64,000 bases of DNA from Casimicrobiaceae bacterium (GCA_025056355.1 JANWWI010000004.1:24300-88299); one strand, 5' to 3'. Counted from the stretch's first letter, positions 9,616-18,325 are shown. Notes: generated by a model not told the origin, from the letters alone. A program made the numbers and translations.

Positions 9616-9696
9616 GGTGATCGATAGGCGGCCAAAGAAAGACGCGGGCCAATCGGCCCGCGATGGCATGAGAGGTCCGATCGAAAATCAATGGCC

Positions 9697-10269
9697 TCAG
9701 GGCATCGAGGCCGTGTAGGTAATCCGCCCGTCGTAGGTGCCCGGCGGCACGACGTTCGAGTTCAGGTACTGGTAGCTCCAGGTCGCGGTGCGGTTGGTCA
9801 CCTTTCCTGAGTTGATCACAGGCTGTGCGCTGCTTCCAACCGCCGGGACATTGAAGTTCGTGGCGTCCGAAGAGCTCTTGCCGATCTGTGTCCAGGGGAT
9901 GGAATCGGGGCTACTGCCGCCGGTGGAGAGGCCGCCCGTGGTGCCGGAGGCAGCGATCGTGATTTGCCCGTTGTTGCCAAGCACGCGGGCGGTCACGCTT
10001 TGCGCGGCCGACGGCGTGCCGTTGCCGACGGTGGACGCAGCCGTGGTGTAGTCGAACGTGAGCAGATCGATCGTGTTGTTGTTGGCTAGCGTTGCGTGGC
10101 CCGTGCCGACCGCGAGGTAGAGGATGCGCGGGATCACGACCCGGATGTCGAGACGGGCGGTGGCGGAGCCAGCCCCGCTCACAAACTGCGATTCGGCATG
10201 CACCGGGGCGATTAGGGTGGATGCGCAAGCACATGCCAGCGCCGCAATCAAGTTTTTGCGAAAAGCCAT
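9697..10269 (-). CDS. Secreted pilin-like subunit 1 (putative major pilin)
   Basis: GGAGG Shine-Dalgarno; signal peptide ending VHA; alternating 'ATARLDIRVVIP' strand; ends 'PGTYDGRITYTASMP'. Confidence 0.75.
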   Translation of the reverse strand: MAFRKNLIAALACACASTLIAPVHAESQFVSGAGSATARLDIRVVIPRILYLAVGTGHATLANNNTIDLLTFDYTTAASTVGNGTPSAAQSVTARVLGNNGQITIAASGTTGGLSTGGSSPDSIPWTQIGKSSSDATNFNVPAVGSSAQPVINSGKVTNRTATWSYQYLNSNVVPPGTYDGRITYTASMP

Positions 10270-10307
10270 GATGAGATCCTCCGACGAGACGAACGACCTA
10301 CCTCGAC

Positions 10308-10323
10308 GCAAAAAATTTGCCAA
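10308..10323 (-). promoter_or_regulatory. Sigma54 (-24/-12) promoter of the pilus-like operon
   Basis: TTGGCAAATTTTTTGC: exact GG-N10-GC spacing with TGGCA and TTGC elements, about 40 nt before the ATG at 10269. Confidence 0.7.
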
Positions 10324-10441
10324 AGCGGGCCTTGGCCAGGCGCTTGCCGTTGATTCCCTTGCGCGCGCACGCTCATCGGCCGACAGCGGCTGTCAATTGC
10401 GGTTGAGAGCTCTCAGGGCCAAAGGGGTGTGCACTTGGAGC

Positions 10442-10492
10442 TGACGAAAAACGTCAATCGGGCTGCCGAAGTCTGTCAATCGAGCCTGCCGA
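10442..10492. repeat. Inverted repeat TGACG-N5-CGTCA overlapping an imperfect 22-bp tandem repeat (GTCAATCG...CTGCCGA x2)
   Basis: Read directly at 10442-10456 and 10453-10492; overlaps the 3' end of gpmI. Confidence 0.6.
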
Positions 10493-12031
10493 CGAGGCCA
10501 CAAGCAAGCTCTGACCCGTCATGCTTGCGGGCTTTTCGAGCCCCATGAGCTCAAGCAGCGTGGGGGCCACATCACGCAGCGCCCCGCCGTCCCGAACGCG
10601 CACCTGCGTGCGACGCCCGACGTAGAGGAAGGGCACGCGGTCGGTGGTGTGCTGGGTATGGGGCTGCCCGGCCTCGGCGTCGAACATCTGTTCGCAGTTG
10701 CCGTGGTCGGCGGTGATCACCACCTCGTAGCCGGCCGCGCGGGCGGCCTCAAGCACCCGCGCGAGGCAGGCATCGAGCGTCTCAACCGCACGCACCGCCG
10801 CCTGGAGCACTCCGGTGTGGCCGACCATGTCGCCGTTGGCGTAATTGACCACGATCGCATGAAATCGGCGCGAGGCGATCGCTTCAACGAGCCGGTCGGT
10901 TACCTCCGGCGCGCTCATCTCGGGTTTCAAGTCGTAGGTGGCCACCTTGGGCGAAGGCACCAGGATTCGCTCCTCACCCTCAAAGGGCTGCTCGCGCCCG
11001 CCAGAGAAAAAGTAGGTCACATGCGCATACTTTTCGGTCTCGGCGAGCCGCAATTGCTTGAGCCCCGACCGCGAGACGACTTCGCCAAAGCTCTCCTGCA
11101 CAACCTCGTTGCGAAAGGCGGTGGGCAAGTGTGCGTAGGCCTCGCCATAAAACGAGAGGCAGGCGAAGGCGGAGAGTTTCGGGAAGCGCGAGCGGGCGAA
11201 ACCCGAGAAATCGGCCTCCGTCAGCGCGCTTGTCATCTCCCGCGCGCGATCGGCGCGGAAGTTCATGAAGACAGCCGCATCGCCATCCTCGACCCGCGCG
11301 CCGGTGCCGATGAGCGTCGGCAGGACAAACTCATCGGTTTCGCCGCGGGCGTAGGCCGCCTCAAGCGCCTCGGCCGCTGTGGCCGCGCGATGCTCAGAGG
11401 CTGCCTCGACGATCGCCCGCCAGGCCGCTTCGATGCGCTCCCAGCGCCGATCCCGATCCATCGCGTAGAAGCGGCCGCTCACGGTGGCAATCCGCGCGCC
11501 GGTTTCGGCGCAAACCGCCTCGGCCGCAGCGAGCGAGCCGGCGGCGCTTTTGGGCGGCACATCCCGGCCGTCCAGAAAGGCATGAAGCGCCACGCGCGTG
11601 AGTCCGCGCGACTTCGCCAGCCGCAGCATGGCGTGAATATGCCGCTCGTGCGAATGCACGCCGCCCGGGGAGAGAAGGCCAAGCACATGCAGCGTGCCGC
11701 CAGAAGCCTTGGCGGCCTCCACCGCCCCCACGAGGGCGGGGTTGGTGTCGAACTCGCCGGTCTCAAGCGCCCGATCGACCCGGGTCAGGTCCTGGTAAAC
11801 GATCCGTCCCGCCCCGAGGTTCAGATGCCCCACCTCCGAGTTGCCGAACTGCCCGCGCGGCAGCCCCACGTGGTGTTCGCTTGCATCGATCGTGCCCCAG
11901 GGGCAGCTGCCAAGCAGCCGGTCCCAGGTGGGCGTATGGGCCAGCGAGATCGCATTGTCGGGGGCCGCTTCGCGATAGCCGAAACCATCGAGGATGATGA
12001 GGATGACCGGGGTGACGGCGGGAGCGGGCAT
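10454..12031 (-). CDS. gpmI: 2,3-bisphosphoglycerate-independent phosphoglycerate mutase
   Basis: 'LIILDGFG', '[10 protein letters not shown]', '[12 protein letters not shown]', 'ETEKYAHVT', 'ITADHGN', 'HTQHT'. Confidence 0.97.
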   Translation of the reverse strand: MPAPAVTPVILIILDGFGYREAAPDNAISLAHTPTWDRLLGSCPWGTIDASEHHVGLPRGQFGNSEVGHLNLGAGRIVYQDLTRVDRALETGEFDTNPALVGAVEAAKASGGTLHVLGLLSPGGVHSHERHIHAMLRLAKSRGLTRVALHAFLDGRDVPPKSAAGSLAAAEAVCAETGARIATVSGRFYAMDRDRRWERIEAAWRAIVEAASEHRAATAAEALEAAYARGETDEFVLPTLIGTGARVEDGDAAVFMNFRADRAREMTSALTEADFSGFARSRFPKLSAFACLSFYGEAYAHLPTAFRNEVVQESFGEVVSRSGLKQLRLAETEKYAHVTYFFSGGREQPFEGEERILVPSPKVATYDLKPEMSAPEVTDRLVEAIASRRFHAIVVNYANGDMVGHTGVLQAAVRAVETLDACLARVLEAARAAGYEVVITADHGNCEQMFDAEAGQPHTQHTTDRVPFLYVGRRTQVRVRDGGALRDVAPTLLELMGLEKPASMTGQSLLVASSAGSIDRLRQPD

Positions 12032-12116
12032 GCAGTCGATGAGGCAGGTCTTCCTACAATTCTAGTTTTGCTCGACCGGCCGCCTTGGCGGCTCAGATTC
12101 GCAACCGACCGCGCTT

Positions 12117-12533
12117 ATGCAGTTTCTCGCCAACAACTGGATGCTCGTGCTCATCATGTTTCTTTCGGGCGCGATGCTGCTTTATCCGTGGATTCAGCGG
12201 CGCGCCTCGGGCATGAAGGAGATCGGCAACGCGCAGATGAGCTATCTGATCAACCGCGAAGGGGCCGCGGTGCTCGATGTGCGCGAGACGCGCGAACTCA
12301 CCGGCAGCAAGATCATCGGCGCGGTGCACATTCCGCTGTCTCAGCTCAAGGACCGTGTCGGCGAACTCAAGGCCGACAAAGACAAGCCGGTGATCGTCTA
12401 CTGCGCGCGCGGGCAACGGGCGCTGATGGCCGGGGGGATTTTGAAGGCGGCCGGTTACACGCGGCTCTACAACCTAAACGGTGGCTTCAAGGCCTGGGCC
12501 GAGGCCGGATTGCCGGTGGAGAAGCTGGCATGA
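12117..12533 (+). CDS. Rhodanese-like domain protein (YibN-like)
   Basis: N-terminal TM, 'LDVRE', 'IVYCARG', 'NLNGGFKAW'; typical position before grxC-secB. Confidence 0.9.
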   Translation: MQFLANNWMLVLIMFLSGAMLLYPWIQRRASGMKEIGNAQMSYLINREGAAVLDVRETRELTGSKIIGAVHIPLSQLKDRVGELKADKDKPVIVYCARGQRALMAGGILKAAGYTRLYNLNGGFKAWAEAGLPVEKLA

Positions 12534-12790
12534 AACCGGTACGCATGTACGCCACGGCGGTCTGCCCCTACTGCATTCGGGCCGAGCAGCTGCTTCGCGC
12601 CAAGGGCGTCACCGAGATTGAAAAAATCCGCGTCGATCTCGATCCGGCACGGCGCGAGGAGATGATCGCCCTCACGGGGCGCCGGACCGTGCCGCAAATT
12701 TTCATCGGAGAGACTCACGTGGGCGGCTGCGATGACCTCTACGCGCTCAACAGTCGCGGCGATCTCGATCCCTTGCTTGCCGACACTTAA
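12530..12790 (+). CDS. grxC: Glutaredoxin 3
   Basis: 'CPYC', 'TVPQIFI', 'GGCDDL'. Confidence 0.95.
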   Translation: MKPVRMYATAVCPYCIRAEQLLRAKGVTEIEKIRVDLDPARREEMIALTGRRTVPQIFIGETHVGGCDDLYALNSRGDLDPLLADT

Positions 12791-12889
12791 GGGAGGACGT
12801 GCAAACGCGTTGCCTGCGCGGGCGACCCATCGCCGCAGCGTAGAATCGCGACGTTTCTTTGGCGCATCCGCGCGATATCGCTACCTCTC

Positions 12890-13381
12890 ATGGCCGATAC
12901 CCCTCCTCTGCAGTCCGATCCGAACGCTCCGGTCTTCACGATTGAGAAGCTCTACGTGAAAGACTTATCCGTCGAAAACCCGAACGCGCCTCAGAGCTAT
13001 CTCTGGCGTGAGGCGCCCAGCGTCGAAGTGACCCTCGACCACGAAAGCACGCCGATCGAGGAAGGTTTCTACAACGTGCTGATCAAGGCCACCGTGACGG
13101 CCACGATTGCCGATCGAACCTTGTTTTTGGTCGAAGGGGCTTTAGGCGGGATCTTTCAGATCCGCAACATCGCCCAAGCCGATCTTGCGCCAGTGCTTGG
13201 CGTGCACTGTCCGAACATCTTGTTTCCCTACCTGCGCGAAGTCATCTCGGACGCGGTCAACCGGATGGGATATCCCTCGATCTATCTGCAGCCGGTCAAT
13301 TTCGAGGCGATTTATCAGGCGCGGCTTCAGCGCGAGCTCGCGCAGCAGGCCGCTGCCGGAGGGCCCGCGACGCTGCAGTAG
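12890..13381 (+). CDS. secB: Protein-export chaperone SecB
   Basis: 'YVKDLSVENPNAP', 'CPNILFPYLRE', 'LQPVNFEAIY'. Confidence 0.95.
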   Translation: MADTPPLQSDPNAPVFTIEKLYVKDLSVENPNAPQSYLWREAPSVEVTLDHESTPIEEGFYNVLIKATVTATIADRTLFLVEGALGGIFQIRNIAQADLAPVLGVHCPNILFPYLREVISDAVNRMGYPSIYLQPVNFEAIYQARLQRELAQQAAAGGPATLQ

Positions 13382-13403
13382 CGGCGCAAAAAAGGGGGGC
13401 GGG

Positions 13404-13856
13404 ATGCGCAGGCGTCTCTGGCACGTCACGGTTGTGGCTTCGGGGGTGTTGGCAGGCGTCGCGAGCGCGCTTGCGGCCGAGTTCCGGCAGACCATCGAGC
13501 CCGTCACGATCTCTTACGAAGGCCCCTCGACGCGCGCGAACAAGCAGTTTCTCTACAGCCGCGGCACGCCGCTAGAGGTGGTCGTGCAAATCGAGGGCTG
13601 GGTCAAGGTGCGCGACGCGCAAGGCGCGCTCACGTGGGTCGAGCGGCGTGCACTCGGCGAGCGCACGCAGGTGCAAGTAATCACACCGTTGGCGGAGGTG
13701 CTTGCCGCGCCCGACCCCGCAGCGGCCGTGCTCTACCGCGCCGAGGCGGGGCTGTTGCTCACGCTGGTTGCGCCGCCAAGTGGGCGCTACGCGCAAGTGC
13801 GCCACCGTGACGGCACGACCGGGTTCATCCGAACCGACGCGCTCTTTGGTCTCTGA
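13404..13856 (+). CDS. Exported SH3-domain protein
   Basis: Signal peptide, 'GWVKVRD..G..TWV' and second 'VRHRDGTTGFI' SH3-like repeat; conserved secB-SH3-gpsA order. Confidence 0.85.
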   Translation: MRRRLWHVTVVASGVLAGVASALAAEFRQTIEPVTISYEGPSTRANKQFLYSRGTPLEVVVQIEGWVKVRDAQGALTWVERRALGERTQVQVITPLAEVLAAPDPAAAVLYRAEAGLLLTLVAPPSGRYAQVRHRDGTTGFIRTDALFGL

Positions 13857-14874
13857 TCGGCAGACGCTCGCCGTGGCCGTGCTGGGCGCCGGCGCTTGGG
13901 GCACGGCGATCGCGGTTCGGCTTGCCGCGGAGCCGGCGCGCCGCGTTCGTCTGTGGGGGCACCGCCCCGAGGCTCTCCGCGCGATCGCACAAAGCCGACT
14001 CAACCCGCGCTTGCCCGGCATCGCGGTGCCAGAGCGCCTCAACGTGTGTGTGGCGATCGAGCAAGCGCTCGAGGGTGCGGATGTGGTGCTTCTTGCGGCT
14101 CCGATTGCCGCTACGGAGCCGCTTGCGCAGGCGGTGGCCCGGCTTCGCCCGCAGGCGTTTGTGCTTTCGCTGGCCAAGGGTTTTGTGGCAACGCCGGCCG
14201 AGGCGCGCGACGCGCCAGCGCTTGCGCTCGCGCACGAGGCCTTGGCCCGGGCGGGGTGCGCGCGCGCCGGGTTGTTTGCGGGCCCCAGCTTTGCGCATGA
14301 GGTCGCGCAGGGGCTGCCGCTTGCGCTTGTGTGCGCGCTTGAGCGGCTCGAGGAGGCCACAACCGTTGCCCGCTGGTTGCGCGATCCGGGGATGCGCATC
14401 TACGCGACGGCGGACCGCACGGGTGTTGCGCTTTGCGGAGCGCTCAAGAACGTCTACGCGATCGGTGCCGGCGTCTCCGATGGCCTGGGCCTCGGTGCGA
14501 ATGCGCGCGCGGCGCTTGTGACGCGCTCGTTGGCCGAGCTACGGCGACTGGTCCTTGCCGCAGGCGGCAGCGCCGAGACAGTGGCTGGGCTCGCAGGCGT
14601 CGGCGATCTCATGCTCAGCACAAGCGGTGATGCCTCGCGCAACCGACAGCTCGGACTGGCGCTTGCGCGCGGCGAACCCGTCGAGGCGATCGCGGCGCGG
14701 CTCGGACACGTCGTCGAAGGCGTGGCAAGCGCTTCACACGCCTGCGCATACGCCGCACGCCTCGGCGTGGAGATGCCGATTGCCGAAACCGTGGCCGCGC
14801 TGCTAACAGCGCGAATCGATGCGCAGGCCGCGATTCGCCAACTGCTTGAGCGCGAGCCACGCGCGGAGTTTTGA
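13846..14874 (+). CDS. gpsA: NAD(P)H-dependent glycerol-3-phosphate dehydrogenase
   Basis: 'VLGAGAWGTA', 'GPSFAHEV', 'GALKNVYAI', 'GLAGVGDL', 'SRN', 'EG'. TTG start assumed. Confidence 0.93.
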   Translation: MVSDRQTLAVAVLGAGAWGTAIAVRLAAEPARRVRLWGHRPEALRAIAQSRLNPRLPGIAVPERLNVCVAIEQALEGADVVLLAAPIAATEPLAQAVARLRPQAFVLSLAKGFVATPAEARDAPALALAHEALARAGCARAGLFAGPSFAHEVAQGLPLALVCALERLEEATTVARWLRDPGMRIYATADRTGVALCGALKNVYAIGAGVSDGLGLGANARAALVTRSLAELRRLVLAAGGSAETVAGLAGVGDLMLSTSGDASRNRQLGLALARGEPVEAIAARLGHVVEGVASASHACAYAARLGVEMPIAETVAALLTARIDAQAAIRQLLEREPRAEF

Positions 14875-14962
14875 TATCCCGGACAGACCCGCACACAAGA
14901 CCTGCGCTCGCCTCGCGACAGCCGCGCCAGCCACCGCGGGGCAAAAGCCACTCACACCCGCC

Positions 14963-14989
14963 AAGAAAAAGGCCCGCGCGAGGCGGGCC
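14963..14989 (-). terminator. Rho-independent terminator downstream of the 53-aa gene
   Basis: Minus strand GGCCCGC-CTCGC-GCGGGCC followed by TTTTTCTT. Confidence 0.75.
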
Positions 14990-15051
14990 GAAGGGATCAC
15001 GAGAAGATTCGCGAGGGGTGACCGGGGGAGGAAAGCACCCGCTGCGCGAGG

Positions 15052-15213
15052 TCAGTACACGAGGCGCGCCGCGGCGACGCGATCGCTGAGTCGTTCAAAC
15101 TCGCGCAGTGTCTCGATCTCGCCGTCATCGGCTCGAGCCCCGGAGACGAGCAACACCTCTTCCGCGATCGGAGTGCGACCCAGATTGGCAAAGTCAAGCA
15201 ACTGCGTATCCAT
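15052..15213 (-). CDS. 53-aa small protein (not in the ORF track)
   Basis: MDTQLLDFANLGRTPIAEEVLLVSGARADDGEIETLREFERLSDRVAAARLVY*; AGAGG Shine-Dalgarno, sigma54 promoter and terminator. Confidence 0.75.
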   Translation of the reverse strand: MDTQLLDFANLGRTPIAEEVLLVSGARADDGEIETLREFERLSDRVAAARLVY

Positions 15214-15243
15214 GGCTAACCTCTACTGACGCACTACTTCCGG

Positions 15244-15259
15244 AGCGAGTTTCGTGCCA
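15244..15259 (-). promoter_or_regulatory. Sigma54 (-24/-12) promoter of the 53-aa gene
   Basis: TGGCACGAAACTCGCT: perfect TGGCACG -24 box and GG-N10-GC spacing. Confidence 0.75.
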
Positions 15260-15278
15260 TCTCACGGTATGGACGGAT

Positions 15279-15291
15279 AATCAACCACTTA
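15279..15291 (+). promoter_or_regulatory. IHF binding site
   Basis: AATCAACCACTTA matches WATCAANNNNTTR exactly, just upstream of the -24 box. Confidence 0.65.
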
Positions 15292-15342
15292 CGTGACATT
15301 GAGCGCCCGCAAGCCGTTGAACGGGCGCTTTTCCGAGTCGCC

Positions 15343-15364
15343 ACTGTCGCAAACGCGCGACAGT
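15343..15364. promoter_or_regulatory. Candidate enhancer (UAS) for a sigma54 activator
   Basis: Perfect inverted repeat ACTGTCGC-N6-GCGACAGT (TGT-N12-ACA), about 110-130 bp upstream of the predicted TSS. Confidence 0.55.
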
Positions 15365-15560
15365 TTGCCGATGGTGTCTTGTAAAAGCTTGATTCGACGA
15401 GGTTTCGCGTGTTGCCAAACGGCGACGCGCGCGCAAGCAGTCCATGGGCTGAGTCGTGTATTCGAGACAGGCGGCGGCATGGCTTGCCACCGCCCGCGCT
15501 TACAACTGCTTGCACCATGCGCTTGCCTTGTGCCGACGAGCGCCAAGAATCTGCCGAGCG

Positions 15561-17123
15561 ATGCGGATTGCGGGTCGACTCATTCGCCAGTTCGTGGTGG
15601 TTGCAGCGGGGCTCGGCGCCTTCCTCTTATCGCCGCTCGTCTGGGCCGGCATGGGCATCGAGGAGGCCCGTCATCTGCTCGAGAGGACGGGTTTCGGTGT
15701 CGCGCCGGCCGAGGTTGCCCGCTTTGCCCGCTTGAGGCGCGAGCAGGCCGTTGACGAGCTGCTTGCGCGCGTGCAGCGTCGTGCCGTTGTTGCGCCGCCT
15801 GCCTGGGCGGAGCGCTACGAGCGCGTCTTTCGCCCCGACATGACGCCCGAGGAGCGCCAGCAGGCCAATCGTCGCGAACTGCTCGAGCGCGGCCTCGAAC
15901 TGCGCGCTTGGTGGGTGGCCGAGATGCTTGCCACGCCTTCGCCGCTGACCGAGCGCATGACGCTTTTCTGGCACAACCACTTTGCCACCTCGCAGCAAAA
16001 GGTGCGCTCGGCGTATCTCATGTATCGCCAAAACGTGCTCTTGCGCGAGCATGCGCTTGGCAATTTCGCGGTGCTTTTGCGCGAGCTCGCCAAGGATCCC
16101 GCCATGCTCATCTACCTGGACGGCGCGCAGAACCGTCGGGACGCGCCGAACGAAAACTTCGCGCGCGAGGTGATGGAGCTCTTCACGCTCGGGGAGGGGC
16201 GCTACAGCGAACAAGACGTCAAAGAGGCTGCGCGGGCGCTTACCGGCTGGTCGGTTGATCTCGAGACAGGTCAGTTTCGCTTCCGCCCAGCCTTGCACGA
16301 TCCGGGCGAAAAAACCATCCTTGGGCAACGCGGACGTTTTACGGGCGAAGACCTGGTTCGGCTGCTCGCCGAGCAGCCAGCAACGGCTGAATTCATCACC
16401 ACGAAGCTCTGGCGTGAGTTCGTCGGCGAGCCGCTGCCCGAAGATCGCGCCGAAATCGAGCGGCTTGCCGCGGCTTTTCGCACCAGCGGGCTTGAGCTCA
16501 AGCCGCTCGTGCGCGGGATTTTGCTCTCAGAACGATTCTGGTTGCCCGGGCGGCGCGGCACGCTTGTGAAATCGCCGGTCGACCTCGTGATCGGAACGCT
16601 GCGCGGCTTTGGCGTCGTCGTGGAAGATCCCATGCCTTTTGCGATCGTGCTCAGGCAGCTGGGCCAAGATCTGTTTGCTCCACCCAATGTCAAAGGCTGG
16701 CCAAGCGGCGAGGCCTGGTTGACCACAAGCACGCTGATGGCGCGAAAAAGCTTTCTCGACCGCCTCTTCCGCGCCGAGGAACAGCCCATGCTCGGCTCAC
16801 GCATGAGCGAGGCTCAAGGCGGGCGCGTGGCGGGATCCGCTTCCGCGCTCGTCGATCTGGAAGCTGCCGGCTCCCGGCCGGGTCGCGCCCGCATGCGACG
16901 ATCGTTGAGGGCTGCGGCCGGCCCGATGGGCGCGGCGGTCGCCTTCGACGCCCAGGCCTTTCTTGCGCGCTTCGGCGTCAGCGGCGAAGACGAAGCACGC
17001 GAGCGCGCAATCGAGCACATGCTTGCGCTCAAGCCGGTTCATGCAGCGCAGCTTGCGCAAGCGCGCGAAGCGCTTGCCTTCGTGCGTGCGCTTGCGCTTG
17101 ACCCTGCCTACCAACTCAAATAA
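15561..17123 (+). CDS. DUF1800 family protein
   Basis: 'ERMTLFWHNHFATS', 'PAMLIYLDG', 'PNENFAREVMELFTLG', 'PPNVKGW'. Start approximate. Confidence 0.9.
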   Translation: MRIAGRLIRQFVVVAAGLGAFLLSPLVWAGMGIEEARHLLERTGFGVAPAEVARFARLRREQAVDELLARVQRRAVVAPPAWAERYERVFRPDMTPEERQQANRRELLERGLELRAWWVAEMLATPSPLTERMTLFWHNHFATSQQKVRSAYLMYRQNVLLREHALGNFAVLLRELAKDPAMLIYLDGAQNRRDAPNENFAREVMELFTLGEGRYSEQDVKEAARALTGWSVDLETGQFRFRPALHDPGEKTILGQRGRFTGEDLVRLLAEQPATAEFITTKLWREFVGEPLPEDRAEIERLAAAFRTSGLELKPLVRGILLSERFWLPGRRGTLVKSPVDLVIGTLRGFGVVVEDPMPFAIVLRQLGQDLFAPPNVKGWPSGEAWLTTSTLMARKSFLDRLFRAEEQPMLGSRMSEAQGGRVAGSASALVDLEAAGSRPGRARMRRSLRAAAGPMGAAVAFDAQAFLARFGVSGEDEARERAIEHMLALKPVHAAQLAQAREALAFVRALALDPAYQLK

Positions 17124-17128
17124 GGAAG

Positions 17129-18325
17129 ATGCTTTCCGTGTCCGTCGGCCGACGAACGCTCTTGAAAGCCGGGCTCTCAGTGCCCGTGGTGACCTGGAGT
17201 GCGGGTGGCGCCTCCGCCCTCTGGGCCGCTGCTTCTGCCAACCCGTACCGTCGTCTGCTGGTGTTGATCGAGCTGCGCGGTGGCAACGACGGGTTGAACA
17301 CCTGGGTGCCCTACGCGGGCCAAGCAGCCGAGCTCTACCGGCGCTATCGACCCACGCTGGCCCTGAACCCCGATCAAATCATCCAACTCACCGATACCAG
17401 CGGCCTGCATCCGTCGCTTGAGCCGCTGGCCGCGTTTTGGCAGCGCGGCGAGATGGCTGTGATCGAGGGTCTGGGTTACCCGCAGCCGAACCTCTCGCAC
17501 TTCCGCTCGATCGAGATCTGGGACACGGCCTCCCACGCACACGAGTACTTGACCGAAGGCTGGCTTGCGCGCGCGTTTGCGCTGGCTGCGCCGCCTGCGC
17601 ACTATCTGGCCGATGCGGTCTCGATTGGAGCCGGCGACCTTGGGCCCTTGGCCGGCGGTGCACGCACGCTGGCGATCAACTCGCTGGAAGCGTTCGTGCG
17701 TCAAGCGCGGCTTGCCGCACCCCAAGGCCATTCGAACAACCGAGCGCTTGCGCACCTGCTCCGACTTGAGGCCGACGTGCATGCCGCCGGCGCGCGGCTT
17801 GATCGGACGCGCGCGGCGCTCACCACCGAGGTTCCCGCGCACGCCTTCGGCCAGCAGGTCAAAACCGCACTCGAGCTCCTTGCTGGCTCGTCCGGGATAG
17901 CGGCGCTGCGCATCGGCCTTGGATCGTTCGACACCCACCGAGGGCAGGCTGGAACCCACGCGGCGCTGCTCAAACAGCTCGCGGAAGGCATCGTGGCGCT
18001 GCGCGCAGGGCTTCTTGAACTTGGCCGCTGGCGCAGCACGCTGATTCTCACCTACTGCGAATTCGGCCGCCGCGTGCGCGAGAACGCAAGCGCCGGCACC
18101 GATCACGGCACCGCCAACGTCCAGTTCGCCTTCGGCGGCGCGCTCAAGGCAGGACTCTACGGCGCTGCGCCGAACCTGGCGGTCCTCGACGGTACCGGCA
18201 ATCCGCCGCATACGACCGATTTTCGGAGCCTTTACGCCACCGTGCTTTGCGCGTGGTGGGGACTGCCGACCGAAGTCGCCGAGCGGGTGCTTGGTGGGCG
18301 TTACCCGCAGCTGGGCTTCGTTTAG
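17129..18325 (+). CDS. DUF1501 family protein (Tat-exported, alkaline-phosphatase-superfamily-like)
   Basis: 'GRRTLLK' Tat motif, 'LRGGNDGLNT', 'PNLSHFRS', 'FDTH', 'EFGRRV.EN...GTDHG'. Confidence 0.9.
   Translation: MLSVSVGRRTLLKAGLSVPVVTWSAGGASALWAAASANPYRRLLVLIELRGGNDGLNTWVPYAGQAAELYRRYRPTLALNPDQIIQLTDTSGLHPSLEPLAAFWQRGEMAVIEGLGYPQPNLSHFRSIEIWDTASHAHEYLTEGWLARAFALAAPPAHYLADAVSIGAGDLGPLAGGARTLAINSLEAFVRQARLAAPQGHSNNRALAHLLRLEADVHAAGARLDRTRAALTTEVPAHAFGQQVKTALELLAGSSGIAALRIGLGSFDTHRGQAGTHAALLKQLAEGIVALRAGLLELGRWRSTLILTYCEFGRRVRENASAGTDHGTANVQFAFGGALKAGLYGAAPNLAVLDGTGNPPHTTDFRSLYATVLCAWWGLPTEVAERVLGGRYPQLGFV

Noticed and set aside
10649-12790. 713-aa plus-strand ORF
   Set aside because: Antisense shadow of gpmI that happens to run in frame into grxC; only 12530-12790 is a real gene.
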